From NCBI GenBank assembly GCA_937915775.1, contig CALGGQ010000352.1:343-64342 (forward strand): a DNA stretch of 64,000 bases, written 5' to 3'. Every line of letters begins with the position of its first letter. Within the stretch, counting starts at the first letter, position 1. The stretch comes from an uncultured Clostridia bacterium. Its GTDB lineage: Bacteria > Bacillota > Clostridia > Oscillospirales > Acutalibacteraceae. Shown piece by piece: positions 9,201 to 18,020 of this stretch. A program made the position numbers and the translations under genes. A model generated the notes under the pieces. The model made no database searches. It was not told the origin of the DNA and saw nothing but the letters and a program-made list of their open reading frames with translations.

Positions 9201-12194
9201 AAGGTGCAGCCGAAGGACTTATCGGCAAGTGAGATTGATGTCCGCCTCGGCGCTACTTGGCTTCCAACGAAATATATTCAGCAATTCATCTTTGAACTGC
9301 TTGACCCGCCCTACTATTACTCATACAAAATCAAAGTGAACTATTCACATTACACAGGCGAGTGGAATATTACGGGGAAATCCTCCGACAAGGGTAATGT
9401 TAAAGCAAACAGCACCTACGGTACTACCCGTATCAATGCTTACAAAATCATTGAGCAAACCCTCAACCTGAAGGATGTGCGTATCTTTGATTATGAGATT
9501 GACGATAACGGAAAGCGAACGCCTGTCCTCAACAAAAAGGAAACGGCTATCGCACAGGCAAAGCAGGAACTCATCAAACAGGCATTTAAGGATTGGATAT
9601 GGACAGACCCCGATAGAAGAACGGAACTCACCCGTCTTTACAATGATAAATTCAATTCTATCCGACCCCGTGAGTATGACGGAAGTCATATCACCTTCAG
9701 CGGTATGAATCCCGAAATCTCATTAAGACCGCATCAGAAAAACGCCGTTGCTCATATTCTTTACGGCGGCAATACACTCCTTGCACACGCAGTAGGCGCA
9801 GGCAAAACCTTTGAAATGGTCGCTGCGGCACAGGAGAGCAAAAGACTTGGCTTATGTACCAAGTCTTTATTTGTTGTTCCAAATCACTTAACAGAGCAAT
9901 GGGCAGCGGAATATTTAACGCTGTATCCCTCGGCTAATATCCTTGTTGCTACCAAAAAGGACTTTGAAACAAAGAACAGAAAGACCTTCTGCGGCAAGAT
10001 TGCTACGGGTGATTATGATGCCGTTATTATCGGTCATTCACAGTTTGAAAAGATACCCGTCAGCGTTGAACGGCAGATATATCTCATTGAGGAACAGATT
10101 AACGATATTGTCAGAGGCATTGAAGAAGCGAAGCGAAACAATGCTGAAAACTTTACCGTAAAGCAGATGAAAAAGACACAAAAGAGTCTTGAAGCAAGGC
10201 TCAAAAAACTCAACGACCAGACCCGCAAGGATGACGTTGTTACCTTTGAGGAACTCGGCGTTGACCGTCTTTTCATTGACGAAAGTCACTACTACAAAAA
10301 TCTTTTCCTTTATACCAAGATGAGAAATGTCGGCGGTATTGCACAGACCGAAGCACAAAAGTCAAGCGACCTGTTTATGAAGTGCCGCTATCTTGACGAG
10401 CTTACGGGCGGTAAAGGAACTGTATTTGCAACGGGAACTCCCATCTCAAACTCTATGGTTGAGTTATATACTATACAGAGATACTTGCAGTACGAAACCC
10501 TGCGTCGTCACGATTTACAGCACTTCGATGCGTGGGCATCCACCTTCGGCGAAACTGTAACGGCAGTTGAATTAACACCTGAAGGAACGGGATACAGGGC
10601 AAAAACACGCTTTGCGAGGTTCTATAACCTGCCAGAACTGATGTCAATGTTCAAAGAGGTTGCGGATATACAGACGGCGGATATGCTCAATCTTCCCGTA
10701 CCGAAAGCGAACTATCACAATATCGCTGTTAAACCCTCCGAAATACAAAAAGAAATGGTTGAATCGCTGTCCGAAAGAGCAGAAAAGGTGCGAAGCGGTG
10801 AGGTTAAATCGTATGATGACAATATGCTCGTTATTACCAATGACGGCAGAAAGCTCGCACTTGACCAGCGCATGATTGACCCCTTGTTACCCGATTTTGA
10901 CGGCAGCAAGGTTAATGCGTGTACTGAAAACATCTTTCAGATCTGGCAGGATTATGCGGACAAGAAATCAGCGCAGTTAGTATTCTGCGACCTCTCAACG
11001 CCGAAGTCTGACACCTTTTCCGTCTATACTGACATCCGTGATAAGCTGATCGCAAAAGGTATTCCCGAAAGCGAGATAGCCTTTATACACGATGCAAAAA
11101 CGGAGGTACAGAAGGCTGAAATGTTCAAGAAAGTCCGCAAGGGTGAGATTAGAGTGCTGCTCGGTTCAACACAAAAGATGGGTGCAGGCACCAATGTTCA
11201 GGACAGATTGATAGCTCTGCACGACCTTGATTGTCCGTGGCGTCCTTCCGATTTGGAACAGCGTTCCGGCAGAATTATCCGTCAGGGCAATAGCAATGAG
11301 GAGGTTGAAATCTTCCGTTATGTTACCGAACAGACCTTTGACGCATACCTCTATCAGCTTGTTGAGGGTAAGCAGAAATTCGCAAGTCAGATAATGTCAA
11401 GCAAATCTCCGGTGCGTTCCGCAGAGGATATTGATGAAACAGCGTTATCGTATGCTGAAATTAAAATGCTTGCTACGGGTAATCCGTATATCAAAGAAAA
11501 GATGGATTTGGATATTCATGTGCAAAAATTACGCCTATTAAAGTCCAATTATCTTTCGGAGCGTTACTCCCTTGAAGATAAGGTGTTAAAGGAATTTCCT
11601 CAGAAGATTGCTGAATACGGCGAGCGTATCGCAGGACTTGAAAAGGACATTGTTACAGCCAAGAAAAACCCGAAATCTATCGGCGATACCTTTGTCGGTA
11701 TGGTAGTAAACGGTGTTCCTTATTCCGAAAAAGCAGACGCAGGTCAGGCAATCATTGATGTTTGCAAAACGCTTCCTGATACGCAAATCTATCCTCTTGG
11801 AGAATACAGAGGTTTTAAGTTATCGGTACACTATGAGCCGTTCTCACATCAGCATAGGGTAACGATTAAGGGTGCAATCTCTCATGAAGGTATCCTCGGT
11901 ACTGACGCTATCGGTAACATTACCCGTATTGATAATGTCATTGACGGTCTTGAACAAATGCTGACAACAACAAATGCTCTTCGTGATACCACCGAAACGC
12001 AGCTTGCCAATGCGAAGGAACAGCTTGAAAAGCCCTTTGCAAAGGACGAGGAGCTAAAGCAAAAGGAAGCAAGGCTTCGTGAGCTTAACGCCCTTCTTAA
12101 TGTTGACAAGCGTGAAAATGAAATGGTTGATGACGAGCCTGATCAGGAGGAAAATGAGCCTGTTAAAAGCGACAGGGACAGAGAAGAACGCTAA
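3228..12194 (+). CDS. Giant N6-adenine DNA methyltransferase / SNF2-family helicase with MutS domain I (DarB-like)
   Basis: 2988 aa; LEPSCGIGNF and GNVPF MTase motifs; AVGAGKT, DESH, ATGTP and QRSGRIIRQG helicase motifs; RLGDFYE...PMCGVP MutS-I motif. Confidence 0.92.
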   Translation: MANKYEFIKFVFDDTLKEITKTPENWQSFLFSACRNFKLPFDEQLLIFAQRPDATAVLEFDKWNNRFGRWVNGGAKGIAVFDNVRGENQRLKYYFDISDTHETEFSKPVPMWEYKTEYEAEVISVLEDNFGELERKDDITNAVFSAAENMAMDNLPDYISELTNYAKSDSFLEDLGDDAIEKELRVLVQNSVAYMMLTRLGVDTSNLFDREDFQGVVNFNTPEALSVLGEATSDIAQMGLTEIGKTVLSLQRENRIIAEKSKDEYTESEKTKERSADYDTANQLHNGERSSDSEPASPTGQDDSFWSLRRSSQRFSDEPPQAVLHEPKTAMPARPTSERGSGQSRTDGRAVDDNNGGTGGLDGETESRKSDDLGTGHEQPETESSGDSHERSDLSEVSEELPPFTDEDKILFMLQNPNDDLAHRKEFLLQRWSELRNTDEKGRYISTVYAGRLKQFNVDGVEVGYHYEPEGLYLYEGTYKSRTKESLFSWNLVAELTDQLIKEGKYYQPEKKEPESAQIGFFDFIDNAVPAEQTVTEPEQVSLFADFGISQQIIDEALCIGANDTNSTLDIAMFFRRDRGTEYNAKFLKSHYGTNGAGFFFDGEQISVWYDENGINIAKGNTAQKSSATHLTWEQAAKRIRELLDLGRYMPQYQLDKIDDHELSYVAERIVFFLRDMDKDSKERCFPSLYEALNGIYGYPDQVEIVKGALSNPDTFNDLDNDYIEFMDDRRRGTISGLPRYSFKYSPDYVYEIMQGMSLEKVPFKAQAGFNPDRQYFITNDEINKLLSRGSSYAESRYRIYTFFVNHSDMQERIKMIKDEYGTGGYAVGNDNANYDGKGLFFSHGSGMEPYAKVLLKWNDVVKRIDALIKAEKFLSDEDIAKLPDIEKEHIANDVERFFEVMPEEYAKPYSNELEPYRRKDVIMAQLDNPQALEDIDRMMSDALALMDKSNERDYKWHQEQYDSFVAFKNGEYHPYTVPERKAPLPKPSKFSQPAEKENDQDKEIDAVFALLNACKIAVNTVKYEDDTIVLIDDDGNEWKGAEMYDFLLNEVLTFSEDGKLVDGYGIDDRMVLSVVEYAKKYGVEPELVENSVPPFVSEYNKLQAQYPDVILFSRLGDFYEVMGNNAKVVADELDFVLTSRTVNRDTQESTPMCGVPVHAVDSYISQLVAKGYKVAIAENKDVNRVVAPGKAQERSPLERAKQLINDYRHREFGYDDSADFSDLTNVNLATTETVDGKHSIEVNVDLENYNLNTFIDGNLFKQHKADALETLIYTQLETLSFDDLVFLDEEELSRIEKEPEKTDHSDMIGDEIVIDGSHFIIEEVKGDYVSMRDVTFAENAGFPIFRRERIADILPLIPEKEEPVVEILPAPPQQPKSKVRTFDLHPEIPLEARHNYNFAEKEIENVGKKERFRRNIEAINVLKECEFDGRFATPEEQEILSQYVGWGGIPEAFDPNNSAWADEYKELIVALSPEEYDAAMESTLTAFYTPQTVISAIYKTLENLGFKQGNILEPSCGIGNFIGMLPQKLSDSKMYGIELDSISAQIAQQLYQKSSVIASPFEEAILPDSFFDAVIGNVPFGDFKVADKRYDKNNFLIHDYFFAKSLDKLRTGGVMLLVTSMGTMDKENSNVRRYIAQRADLLGAIRLPNDTFKGNAGTDVTSDILILQKRDRIVNEEPDWLMLDNTEDGIRMNKYFVDHPEMIMGNMVMKSGRFGPEPTCEPFEDRTLEEQLDIAIRNIKGEITEYEIDEEEIEDDRQYLPADPTVRNFSFTVVDGTIFYRENSMMKEVKVSATAENRIKGLINIRQSVKRLIELQTEDYPEEEILSEQQNLNELYDGFTAKYGLINSRANKSAFADDGSYYLLTALEVLDDEGDLERKADMFTKRTIKPHIPVTSVDTSIEAVAVSMGEKAELDMEYMMQLTGKTEEEIEDDLTGIIFLNPMYSEDRPAEKKYLMADEYLSGDVRAKLRVAENMAKVNPAFEVNAEALRKVQPKDLSASEIDVRLGATWLPTKYIQQFIFELLDPPYYYSYKIKVNYSHYTGEWNITGKSSDKGNVKANSTYGTTRINAYKIIEQTLNLKDVRIFDYEIDDNGKRTPVLNKKETAIAQAKQELIKQAFKDWIWTDPDRRTELTRLYNDKFNSIRPREYDGSHITFSGMNPEISLRPHQKNAVAHILYGGNTLLAHAVGAGKTFEMVAAAQESKRLGLCTKSLFVVPNHLTEQWAAEYLTLYPSANILVATKKDFETKNRKTFCGKIATGDYDAVIIGHSQFEKIPVSVERQIYLIEEQINDIVRGIEEAKRNNAENFTVKQMKKTQKSLEARLKKLNDQTRKDDVVTFEELGVDRLFIDESHYYKNLFLYTKMRNVGGIAQTEAQKSSDLFMKCRYLDELTGGKGTVFATGTPISNSMVELYTIQRYLQYETLRRHDLQHFDAWASTFGETVTAVELTPEGTGYRAKTRFARFYNLPELMSMFKEVADIQTADMLNLPVPKANYHNIAVKPSEIQKEMVESLSERAEKVRSGEVKSYDDNMLVITNDGRKLALDQRMIDPLLPDFDGSKVNACTENIFQIWQDYADKKSAQLVFCDLSTPKSDTFSVYTDIRDKLIAKGIPESEIAFIHDAKTEVQKAEMFKKVRKGEIRVLLGSTQKMGAGTNVQDRLIALHDLDCPWRPSDLEQRSGRIIRQGNSNEEVEIFRYVTEQTFDAYLYQLVEGKQKFASQIMSSKSPVRSAEDIDETALSYAEIKMLATGNPYIKEKMDLDIHVQKLRLLKSNYLSERYSLEDKVLKEFPQKIAEYGERIAGLEKDIVTAKKNPKSIGDTFVGMVVNGVPYSEKADAGQAIIDVCKTLPDTQIYPLGEYRGFKLSVHYEPFSHQHRVTIKGAISHEGILGTDAIGNITRIDNVIDGLEQMLTTTNALRDTTETQLANAKEQLEKPFAKDEELKQKEARLRELNALLNVDKRENEMVDDEPDQEENEPVKSDRDREER
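4060..4419 (+). CDS. tnpV: TnpV-like protein nested in an alternative frame of the helicase gene
   Basis: Own AAGGAG RBS at 4046-4051; Y...G.QIPNL...GRY...R...L...H and EGLTEKLKAENPMTWVQGMNN match TnpV family motifs. Confidence 0.8.
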   Translation: MTQPISYTTVNGVQIPNLLLPQDKTIRFGRYAEARRDFLMNHHKPYYTSLKLQCRLDQHLKEVQDRAEQMEEQLMTTMAAQEGLTEKLKAENPMTWVQGMNNLKQRVQEIVMNEVIYQR

Positions 12195-12206
12195 TATTTA
12201 TAATCA

Positions 12207-12247
12207 CAGCCGGCAGGTTTTTACTTTCAAAAATCTGTCGGCTTTTT
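12207..12247 (+). terminator. Putative intrinsic terminator after helicase
   Basis: agccggcagg...tctgtcggct stem plus T-run. Confidence 0.65.
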
Positions 12248-12267
12248 CTGTTTTAAGGAGGCAACCA

Positions 12268-12615
12268 ATGAGATTAACAGAAGATAAAATGAAAGAATTG
12301 CTTTTCCAAAAACTTAATGATGACTTTGATTCGTTTGTTGATGAATTAATCAAAGGTGGACGTCAATCGCTTAAAAATGCTATTCCCGAACTGACAACGA
12401 AATATGAAATCATGCTTGAATTTGAATATTTCTTTCCCCTTAAAGGTAAGTCTTTGCGGTCAGTTTGCAATAAAAAGAACCCACTTGATTTTCTTTACAA
12501 GGAGTGGCAAAAGGATGTTGACCTTCGTACAGAGGACTTTCATTATGCCATCAGCGAAATAGCAGAACGAGAAGCAAATCGAATTGCAAAACAAAATTCA
12601 GAACCCGAAAGGTAG
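12268..12615 (+). CDS. Hypothetical protein, DUF3848-like
   Basis: AAGGAGG RBS; KNPLDFLYKEW similar to the next ORF. Confidence 0.65.
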   Translation: MRLTEDKMKELLFQKLNDDFDSFVDELIKGGRQSLKNAIPELTTKYEIMLEFEYFFPLKGKSLRSVCNKKNPLDFLYKEWQKDVDLRTEDFHYAISEIAEREANRIAKQNSEPER

Positions 12616-12624
12616 GTGATAAAT

Positions 12625-12969
12625 ATGGCAAAAAAGAAATCGTTAGAGGACAGAGTGTATGAAAAAATCAACCGTGAGATGAACGAATATCTCGCCGAAA
12701 TCAAAACGAAATCACCCGAAGAAATTGTTGAAGCAGCTTATGAGATAACCTACAAACAGGAAATTCTTTTTATGTTTGAGGAAGAAGATAGGTTCAGCAA
12801 TTCGCAGTGTAGGGCGATATTAAAGACAAAAAATGCTCTTGATTATCTCTATCAGGAATGGATGGAATATGACGGTTCGGCACTTGATGCGCTTCGTGAT
12901 AGCGTTGACCGTGCGATGGATAATCAAGTTATTTTTTTCAAAAAGCAGGAAGAAAGGGATAGCAGATAA
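12625..12969 (+). CDS. DUF3848-like protein
   Basis: SPEEIVEAAYEITYKQEI...KNALDYLYQEW pattern. Confidence 0.7.
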   Translation: MAKKKSLEDRVYEKINREMNEYLAEIKTKSPEEIVEAAYEITYKQEILFMFEEEDRFSNSQCRAILKTKNALDYLYQEWMEYDGSALDALRDSVDRAMDNQVIFFKKQEERDSR

Positions 12970-13952
12970 TGGGCTATATATCCCCCGAAAAGCTAAACGA
13001 AGCAAAGCGGCTTGACCTTTTAACCTACCTTCAAAACTATGAGCCTGATAATCTTGTCAGGGTATCAACAGGTGTATACTCTACCCGTGAACACGACAGC
13101 GTTAAGATTTCAAACGGTATGTGGTATCGTTGGTCGGCGGGTATCGGCGGCAAATCTGCGCTTGATTATTTAATCAAAGTAAGGGCGTTATCCTTACCCG
13201 AAGCAGTAGAAAAAATACTCGGCAATGTTGCCGAGCGCACACCCGTTTGGGTAAAGACCGAGCCGAAGAAGAAACCTAAAAAACTTCTTTTACCCGACCT
13301 TACGGACTACCCTGATACCGTTCCTCACTACCTTATGTATAACAGAGGAATAGACGCAGAGGTGGTTGACTACTGTTTTGATAAGGGACTTATCTATGAA
13401 AGCCTACCCTATCATAACGCTGTTTTCGTTGGGTATGATGAGTATCATATCCCCCGATACGCAGGGTTCAGAGCGAGCAACTCGGAGCGTATTATGGGTG
13501 ATTGCTCGGGTAGTAATAAGGAGTATTCCTTCCGCTTAATAGGTAACGAACAGGAACCTAAAATTCACCTCTTTGAGTGTGCAATCGACCTGTTATCCTA
13601 TGCAACCTTACTCAAAATTAAGGGTAGTAATTGGAAAGATTACAACCTCATTTCTCTTTCCGGTGTGTACCAACCAAAGAAAGATATTACCCAAAGCAAG
13701 CTACCAATTACCCTTGTCAAATACCTGAAGGAGCATCCTCAAACGGATACAATCTACCTTCACTTTGACAACGATAGGACGGGCAGACTTGCTACCAAAA
13801 CCATCCAAACCTTAATACCTAAAGATATAAAAGTGATTGACAATCCCCCTCCGGTTGGAAAAGATTTCAACGCTTTTTTACTTTATCTGAGGGACTATTC
13901 ATTACCATTAACACAAAAATTCAGGAGTACAAATCAGGAGACTTCCCGATAA
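12969..13952 (+). CDS. DUF3991/TOPRIM primase-like protein
   Basis: EHDS, GGKSALDYL, FECAIDLLSY, FDND and KDFN motifs. Confidence 0.85.
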   Translation: MGYISPEKLNEAKRLDLLTYLQNYEPDNLVRVSTGVYSTREHDSVKISNGMWYRWSAGIGGKSALDYLIKVRALSLPEAVEKILGNVAERTPVWVKTEPKKKPKKLLLPDLTDYPDTVPHYLMYNRGIDAEVVDYCFDKGLIYESLPYHNAVFVGYDEYHIPRYAGFRASNSERIMGDCSGSNKEYSFRLIGNEQEPKIHLFECAIDLLSYATLLKIKGSNWKDYNLISLSGVYQPKKDITQSKLPITLVKYLKEHPQTDTIYLHFDNDRTGRLATKTIQTLIPKDIKVIDNPPPVGKDFNAFLLYLRDYSLPLTQKFRSTNQETSR

Positions 13953-13960
13953 TGCGAAGA

Positions 13961-14066
13961 AACGCATAAATGCGTTGCGTTGTCTTAACGAGCAGACTGT
14001 TTGTGCAGACAAATCCGCACAAACAGTAAGTCGTTAGGGGAGGAAATCTCCCCTAAAACCTCTTGA
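13961..14066. other. Candidate origin of transfer (oriT)
   Basis: Three stacked inverted repeats (aacgcat/atgcgtt; actgtttgtgc/gcacaaacagt; taggggag/ctccccta) followed by acctcttg, upstream of mobC-relaxase. Confidence 0.6.
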
Positions 14067-14084
14067 TAGAAAGGAAATACCACT

Positions 14085-14243
14085 ATGAAACTTTTAATAT
14101 TTTTAGTCGGCTTTATTCTCGGCGGTGCATCAGGAATTATGACAATGTGTCTTGTTCAGATTAACCGTGACACCGAGGAACAATTAAGAAGAGAGGAGGT
14201 GTTAAACAATGGAAATCAAAGTCAAGGTAGTCAGCAAACCTGA
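14085..14243 (+). CDS. 52-aa membrane peptide, DUF3789-like
   Basis: GAAAGGA RBS; MKLLIFLVGFILGGASGIMTMCLVQ; too short for the ORF track. Confidence 0.6.
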   Translation: MKLLIFLVGFILGGASGIMTMCLVQINRDTEEQLRREEVLNNGNQSQGSQQT

Positions 14244-14619
14244 TGTGAAAACTACCGAGCATATTCCGCTTATGGAAATGCTTGTGAACTTTTCATCGGT
14301 GCTTGATGTTGAAGCGGAAAACCATTTCAAAATTTTAGGCGTTATCGCTGACGCAATGGTTGAGAGATATTCATTTGAAATCTTCTCTCTGCTAATTGCA
14401 AATCATATAAGGTACACTTATGAAAATTTTGATGATGGTATTTATTCTGACGAGGTACTTGCGTGGGCATTTCTCTATGATGAAATCTCAGAACTTCCCG
14501 TTGTCATTAACGGAATGGAATACTCTGAAAAAGATTTTATGCTTAAAGATTGTCCGCCAAGTGATGTTGAATTCTTTGCTTGGTACTGCATTGAAAAGTT
14601 GGTGAGCGAAGATGAATAA
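14209..14619 (+). CDS. Hypothetical protein
   Basis: GGAGGTG RBS, 136 aa. Confidence 0.65.
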   Translation: MEIKVKVVSKPDVKTTEHIPLMEMLVNFSSVLDVEAENHFKILGVIADAMVERYSFEIFSLLIANHIRYTYENFDDGIYSDEVLAWAFLYDEISELPVVINGMEYSEKDFMLKDCPPSDVEFFAWYCIEKLVSEDE

Positions 14620-14968
14620 CAAAGTTGTACGGCGATGCTTTCGTTTTTCAAAAGAGGAAAACAAAATGCTCAAAGCAAAGGCTAAAGCCGCCTGTGTTTC
14701 AGACTCGGCTCTTGTCCGTATGTTAATAAAAGGATACGAACCAAAGCCAAAACCCGAAGGTTTTAATGAGTGCGTGCATCAACTTGCAAAGCTCGGTGCT
14801 AATGTTGGTCAACTTCTTGCAAAGGCAAATTCCTTAAACTATATTGATACACCTATGCTGAAAAAAATGAATGATAGTATTCAAACACTTATTTCAGATA
14901 TGACAGAGGTGTATATCAATCCAGAAAGAGTGAACAGCGATGGCAGTAACAAGACTGTGGGAAGTTAA
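14612..14968 (+). CDS. mobC: Relaxosome accessory protein MobC
   Basis: RHH-like N-terminus, LAKLGANVGQL motif, overlaps relaxase start. Confidence 0.8.
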   Translation: MNNKVVRRCFRFSKEENKMLKAKAKAACVSDSALVRMLIKGYEPKPKPEGFNECVHQLAKLGANVGQLLAKANSLNYIDTPMLKKMNDSIQTLISDMTEVYINPERVNSDGSNKTVGS

Positions 14969-16313
14969 TGACCGACTTGACCATGTTATTGATTATGCAA
15001 CCAACAAAAGCAAAACAGAAAACCCAAACTATTCGGAGGAAGAATTGCAGGCTCTCGGTGATGTCCTTGCCTACGCAAAGGACGAGGAGAAAACGGAAAA
15101 GCAATTTTATGTTACAGGCATTAACTGTAATGCTGCGGCAGCAAGAAATGATTTTGTTAAGGTAAAAAGAAACTACGATAAACTTGACGGCGTTCAAGCA
15201 TATCACGGATATATGAGTTTCAAGCCTGACGAGGTTACACCTGAACTCGCACATCAAATGGGCATTGCCTTTGCTTCAAGAGTTTGGGGAGATAGATTTC
15301 AGGTTGTGGTTACTACACATCTAAATTCCCGTTGCCTTCATAACCATTTTATTATTAATTCGATTTCTTTCGTTGACGGTAAGCGATTACAAAATCAAGA
15401 AAAAGCATGGAAATGTTTTCGACATATCGCAGACGATATTTGCAAGGAATACGGCGTATCGGTTATTGAAAAACCTGAAACGCATATTGACTCACGCCAT
15501 TTAACAATGAAGGATAAAGCAGGTATGCCGACAAGGTATAATCTCGCCCGTGCTGCCGTTGACGAGGCAATCGCACATAGCAGAACGCTCGGTGAATTTC
15601 AACAGCATTTACGCTCAATGGGATACAGATACAATTTAAGTCCTAACCGAAAGTATTGGACAGTTACTCCCAACGAGGACGGCAGGGCTATTCGTTTGTA
15701 TCGTCTTGGCGATGAATACACAAACAGAAGAATTAAAGAGCGTATACAAGAGAACGCACGAAACAGAACCTTTCTTAAAGGCTTTACGGGATACACACCA
15801 CCGCCGTATCATCCGCAGTACGATATTCGCAGAGTAAAAGGCAGTCTGTATAACCTTTATCTTTACTACTGCTATCGGCTCGGATACTTTGATAAGCCTG
15901 ACGAAGGGCAAACACCGCATAAACTTCATTACCTCTTAAGAAAAGACTTAATGAAGGTTGATAAATATTCAAAAGAAGCAAGGCTGCTCGGTAAGCATCA
16001 CATTGAAACTACCGAGCAGCTTGTTTCGTATAAAGAGTCTTGTGAAAAGGAAATGGAAGCCTTAACTACTGAACGAAAATACCTGAGAAATAATGAAAGG
16101 CATAAAGGCATAAGTGACGCCCAGCGTTCAGAGATAAAGGATAAGATTTCTAATATTTCACAAAGGCTCGGCGAACTCCGTAAGGAGATTTCTCTCTGCG
16201 AGGATATTGCTGCACGTTCCCAAGATTTAGAAAAACGAGTAGAGCAAATCCGAACAGATGATGAAAGAGCACCAAAACAAAAGGAGGAAAAGTCTTATGA
16301 GCAGCTCAAGTGA
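14940..16313 (+). CDS. Relaxase (MOBP-type)
   Basis: IDYA N-terminal Tyr, AYHGYMSF, and THLNSRCLHNHFIINS HUH motif. Confidence 0.92.
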   Translation: MAVTRLWEVNDRLDHVIDYATNKSKTENPNYSEEELQALGDVLAYAKDEEKTEKQFYVTGINCNAAAARNDFVKVKRNYDKLDGVQAYHGYMSFKPDEVTPELAHQMGIAFASRVWGDRFQVVVTTHLNSRCLHNHFIINSISFVDGKRLQNQEKAWKCFRHIADDICKEYGVSVIEKPETHIDSRHLTMKDKAGMPTRYNLARAAVDEAIAHSRTLGEFQQHLRSMGYRYNLSPNRKYWTVTPNEDGRAIRLYRLGDEYTNRRIKERIQENARNRTFLKGFTGYTPPPYHPQYDIRRVKGSLYNLYLYYCYRLGYFDKPDEGQTPHKLHYLLRKDLMKVDKYSKEARLLGKHHIETTEQLVSYKESCEKEMEALTTERKYLRNNERHKGISDAQRSEIKDKISNISQRLGELRKEISLCEDIAARSQDLEKRVEQIRTDDERAPKQKEEKSYEQLK

Positions 16314-17097
16314 TGCAGCCGAACAGGTTGTGAGATTATCTCTTGAGGGCGTTGAGGTTGCTGCAAAGATTACGGGCGAAGCGGCCCGTGATATTGCAGG
16401 ACTTTTAATTGCCGCCCTTAAAAATCCGAAAAGCTCAAAAACAAAAGGTAAAACAAGACTTACCAAAATGCTCAAGTCAGGTAAAGAGCTTAAGGTTTTC
16501 TCCATTTCACAAAAGGACTTAGAAAAGTTTACCCGTAACGCAAAGAAATACGGCGTTCTTTATACAGTCCTGCGTGACAGAACCTCTACCGATAAAACAG
16601 CCGAGGTTGACATCATCGCAAGAGCCGAGGACAGTTCTAAAATTCAGAGGATTATCGAACGCTTCGGTCTTAATCTTACCGATGATGAAAAGGCTACTAT
16701 CGTTAATGAGTCGGAGAAAGAGCTTTCCCAGCGTAAAGCAAAGGAAAAGGATAAGCCTGAAAAGAGCAAGGCGGACTTGATTACCGAACAGGCTCTCGGC
16801 AAGCCTATTCAAAGGGAGGAAAATGAAACTGAAAACCCTTCCTTAGCAAAGACAGAAAAAAGCCCTCTGTCCGAGCAAAATTCGTTGAATACGCAGAAAC
16901 CAAGAACGCTCTCTGATAAGGGTGCTGCCAAAGAATCTGTACGGGAAAAGATTGACCATTACAGAGTACAGATTAAGAAACAGAAGGAACAGCAGAAAGC
17001 GCTTGACATTGAGGTTGATGAGCCGAAGAAAACCACGCCGAAGGTTATCGAGCATAAGCAACCTGACATTAAAGTAAAAAACACAAAAGAGAGGTAA
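16297..17097 (+). CDS. PcfB/DUF3801-family protein
   Basis: DAAEQVVRLSLEG, KKYGVLY, ARAED and KESVREK motifs; AGGAGG RBS. Confidence 0.8.
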   Translation: MSSSSDAAEQVVRLSLEGVEVAAKITGEAARDIAGLLIAALKNPKSSKTKGKTRLTKMLKSGKELKVFSISQKDLEKFTRNAKKYGVLYTVLRDRTSTDKTAEVDIIARAEDSSKIQRIIERFGLNLTDDEKATIVNESEKELSQRKAKEKDKPEKSKADLITEQALGKPIQREENETENPSLAKTEKSPLSEQNSLNTQKPRTLSDKGAAKESVREKIDHYRVQIKKQKEQQKALDIEVDEPKKTTPKVIEHKQPDIKVKNTKER

Positions 17098-17102
17098 AAA
17101 TT

Positions 17103-18008
17103 ATGGCTAACTACCATCCGAAGCGTAACAGCTTCAACAGAAACAAATCAAATGAACCCCGTCAGCAGATGACAAAGGAAGAATATGCTCTCAAAAAGGA
17201 AGAAGAGCGCAACTCTGTCTATGCAATGATTGACGAGGGCTTTAACACAATGCTTTCAAGTCCAGAAAACTTTATGCAGTATCTTGATACTCAGGCAAGA
17301 CTTGACAGATACTCCGTTGCAAACACGGTTCTCATTATGCAGCAGCTTCCCGAAGCAACGCAGCTTAAGGACTACAAGGATTGGAGCGAAACAGGCGTTA
17401 CCGTTAAGCGTGGTTCAAAGAGCCTTATGATTCTTGAACCGAAGGAATATTCACGTGAAAACGGTTCAGTCGGCATTTCCTATAATGTGAAAAGAGTCTT
17501 TGATATTTCACAGACCAATGCACGCAGAAGGAATACTCCTAATGTTAATCACGATCCGGCAAAAATTGTTGCCGCTATGCTTGAAACAAGTCAGATTGAC
17601 TACGAGATTTCCGATAAGATTCCGATTGAAAATGCGGCGGCTTACTATGAGCCTGAAAGCAATATGCTTCTTGTCAGAGAAAATGTCGGCGATGCAACAA
17701 AGCTCTTTCAGGCAGTTGCGCAGGAACTCTCTCTTGCAGAGATTGCCTATAACAGTGATTCTTACAGCAGGAGCGAAGCGCTCTACCCGGCGAAGTGTGC
17801 CGCATATATGCTTTGCAGAAAGTACGGTATCGACACGAAGGGCATTGACATTGCTTCCCCGCCGAAAGAGTGGGCAGAGCTTGACAACAACGGTATCCGT
17901 GAAAAGCTCACTATGGCAAGAGATTCCGTCAACGAAATCGGCACAAAGGTCTATGCTGAGCTGAACAAGGACAGAGAAGCCAGAAGCAATGACGATATGG
18001 AAAGATAA
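17103..18008 (+). CDS. ArdC-like ssDNA-binding / antirestriction protein
   Basis: RYSVANTVLI, W...GV.VKRG and VFDISQT motifs. Confidence 0.7.
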   Translation: MANYHPKRNSFNRNKSNEPRQQMTKEEYALKKEEERNSVYAMIDEGFNTMLSSPENFMQYLDTQARLDRYSVANTVLIMQQLPEATQLKDYKDWSETGVTVKRGSKSLMILEPKEYSRENGSVGISYNVKRVFDISQTNARRRNTPNVNHDPAKIVAAMLETSQIDYEISDKIPIENAAAYYEPESNMLLVRENVGDATKLFQAVAQELSLAEIAYNSDSYSRSEALYPAKCAAYMLCRKYGIDTKGIDIASPPKEWAELDNNGIREKLTMARDSVNEIGTKVYAELNKDREARSNDDMER

Positions 18009-18020
18009 TGAGGTATTCCT

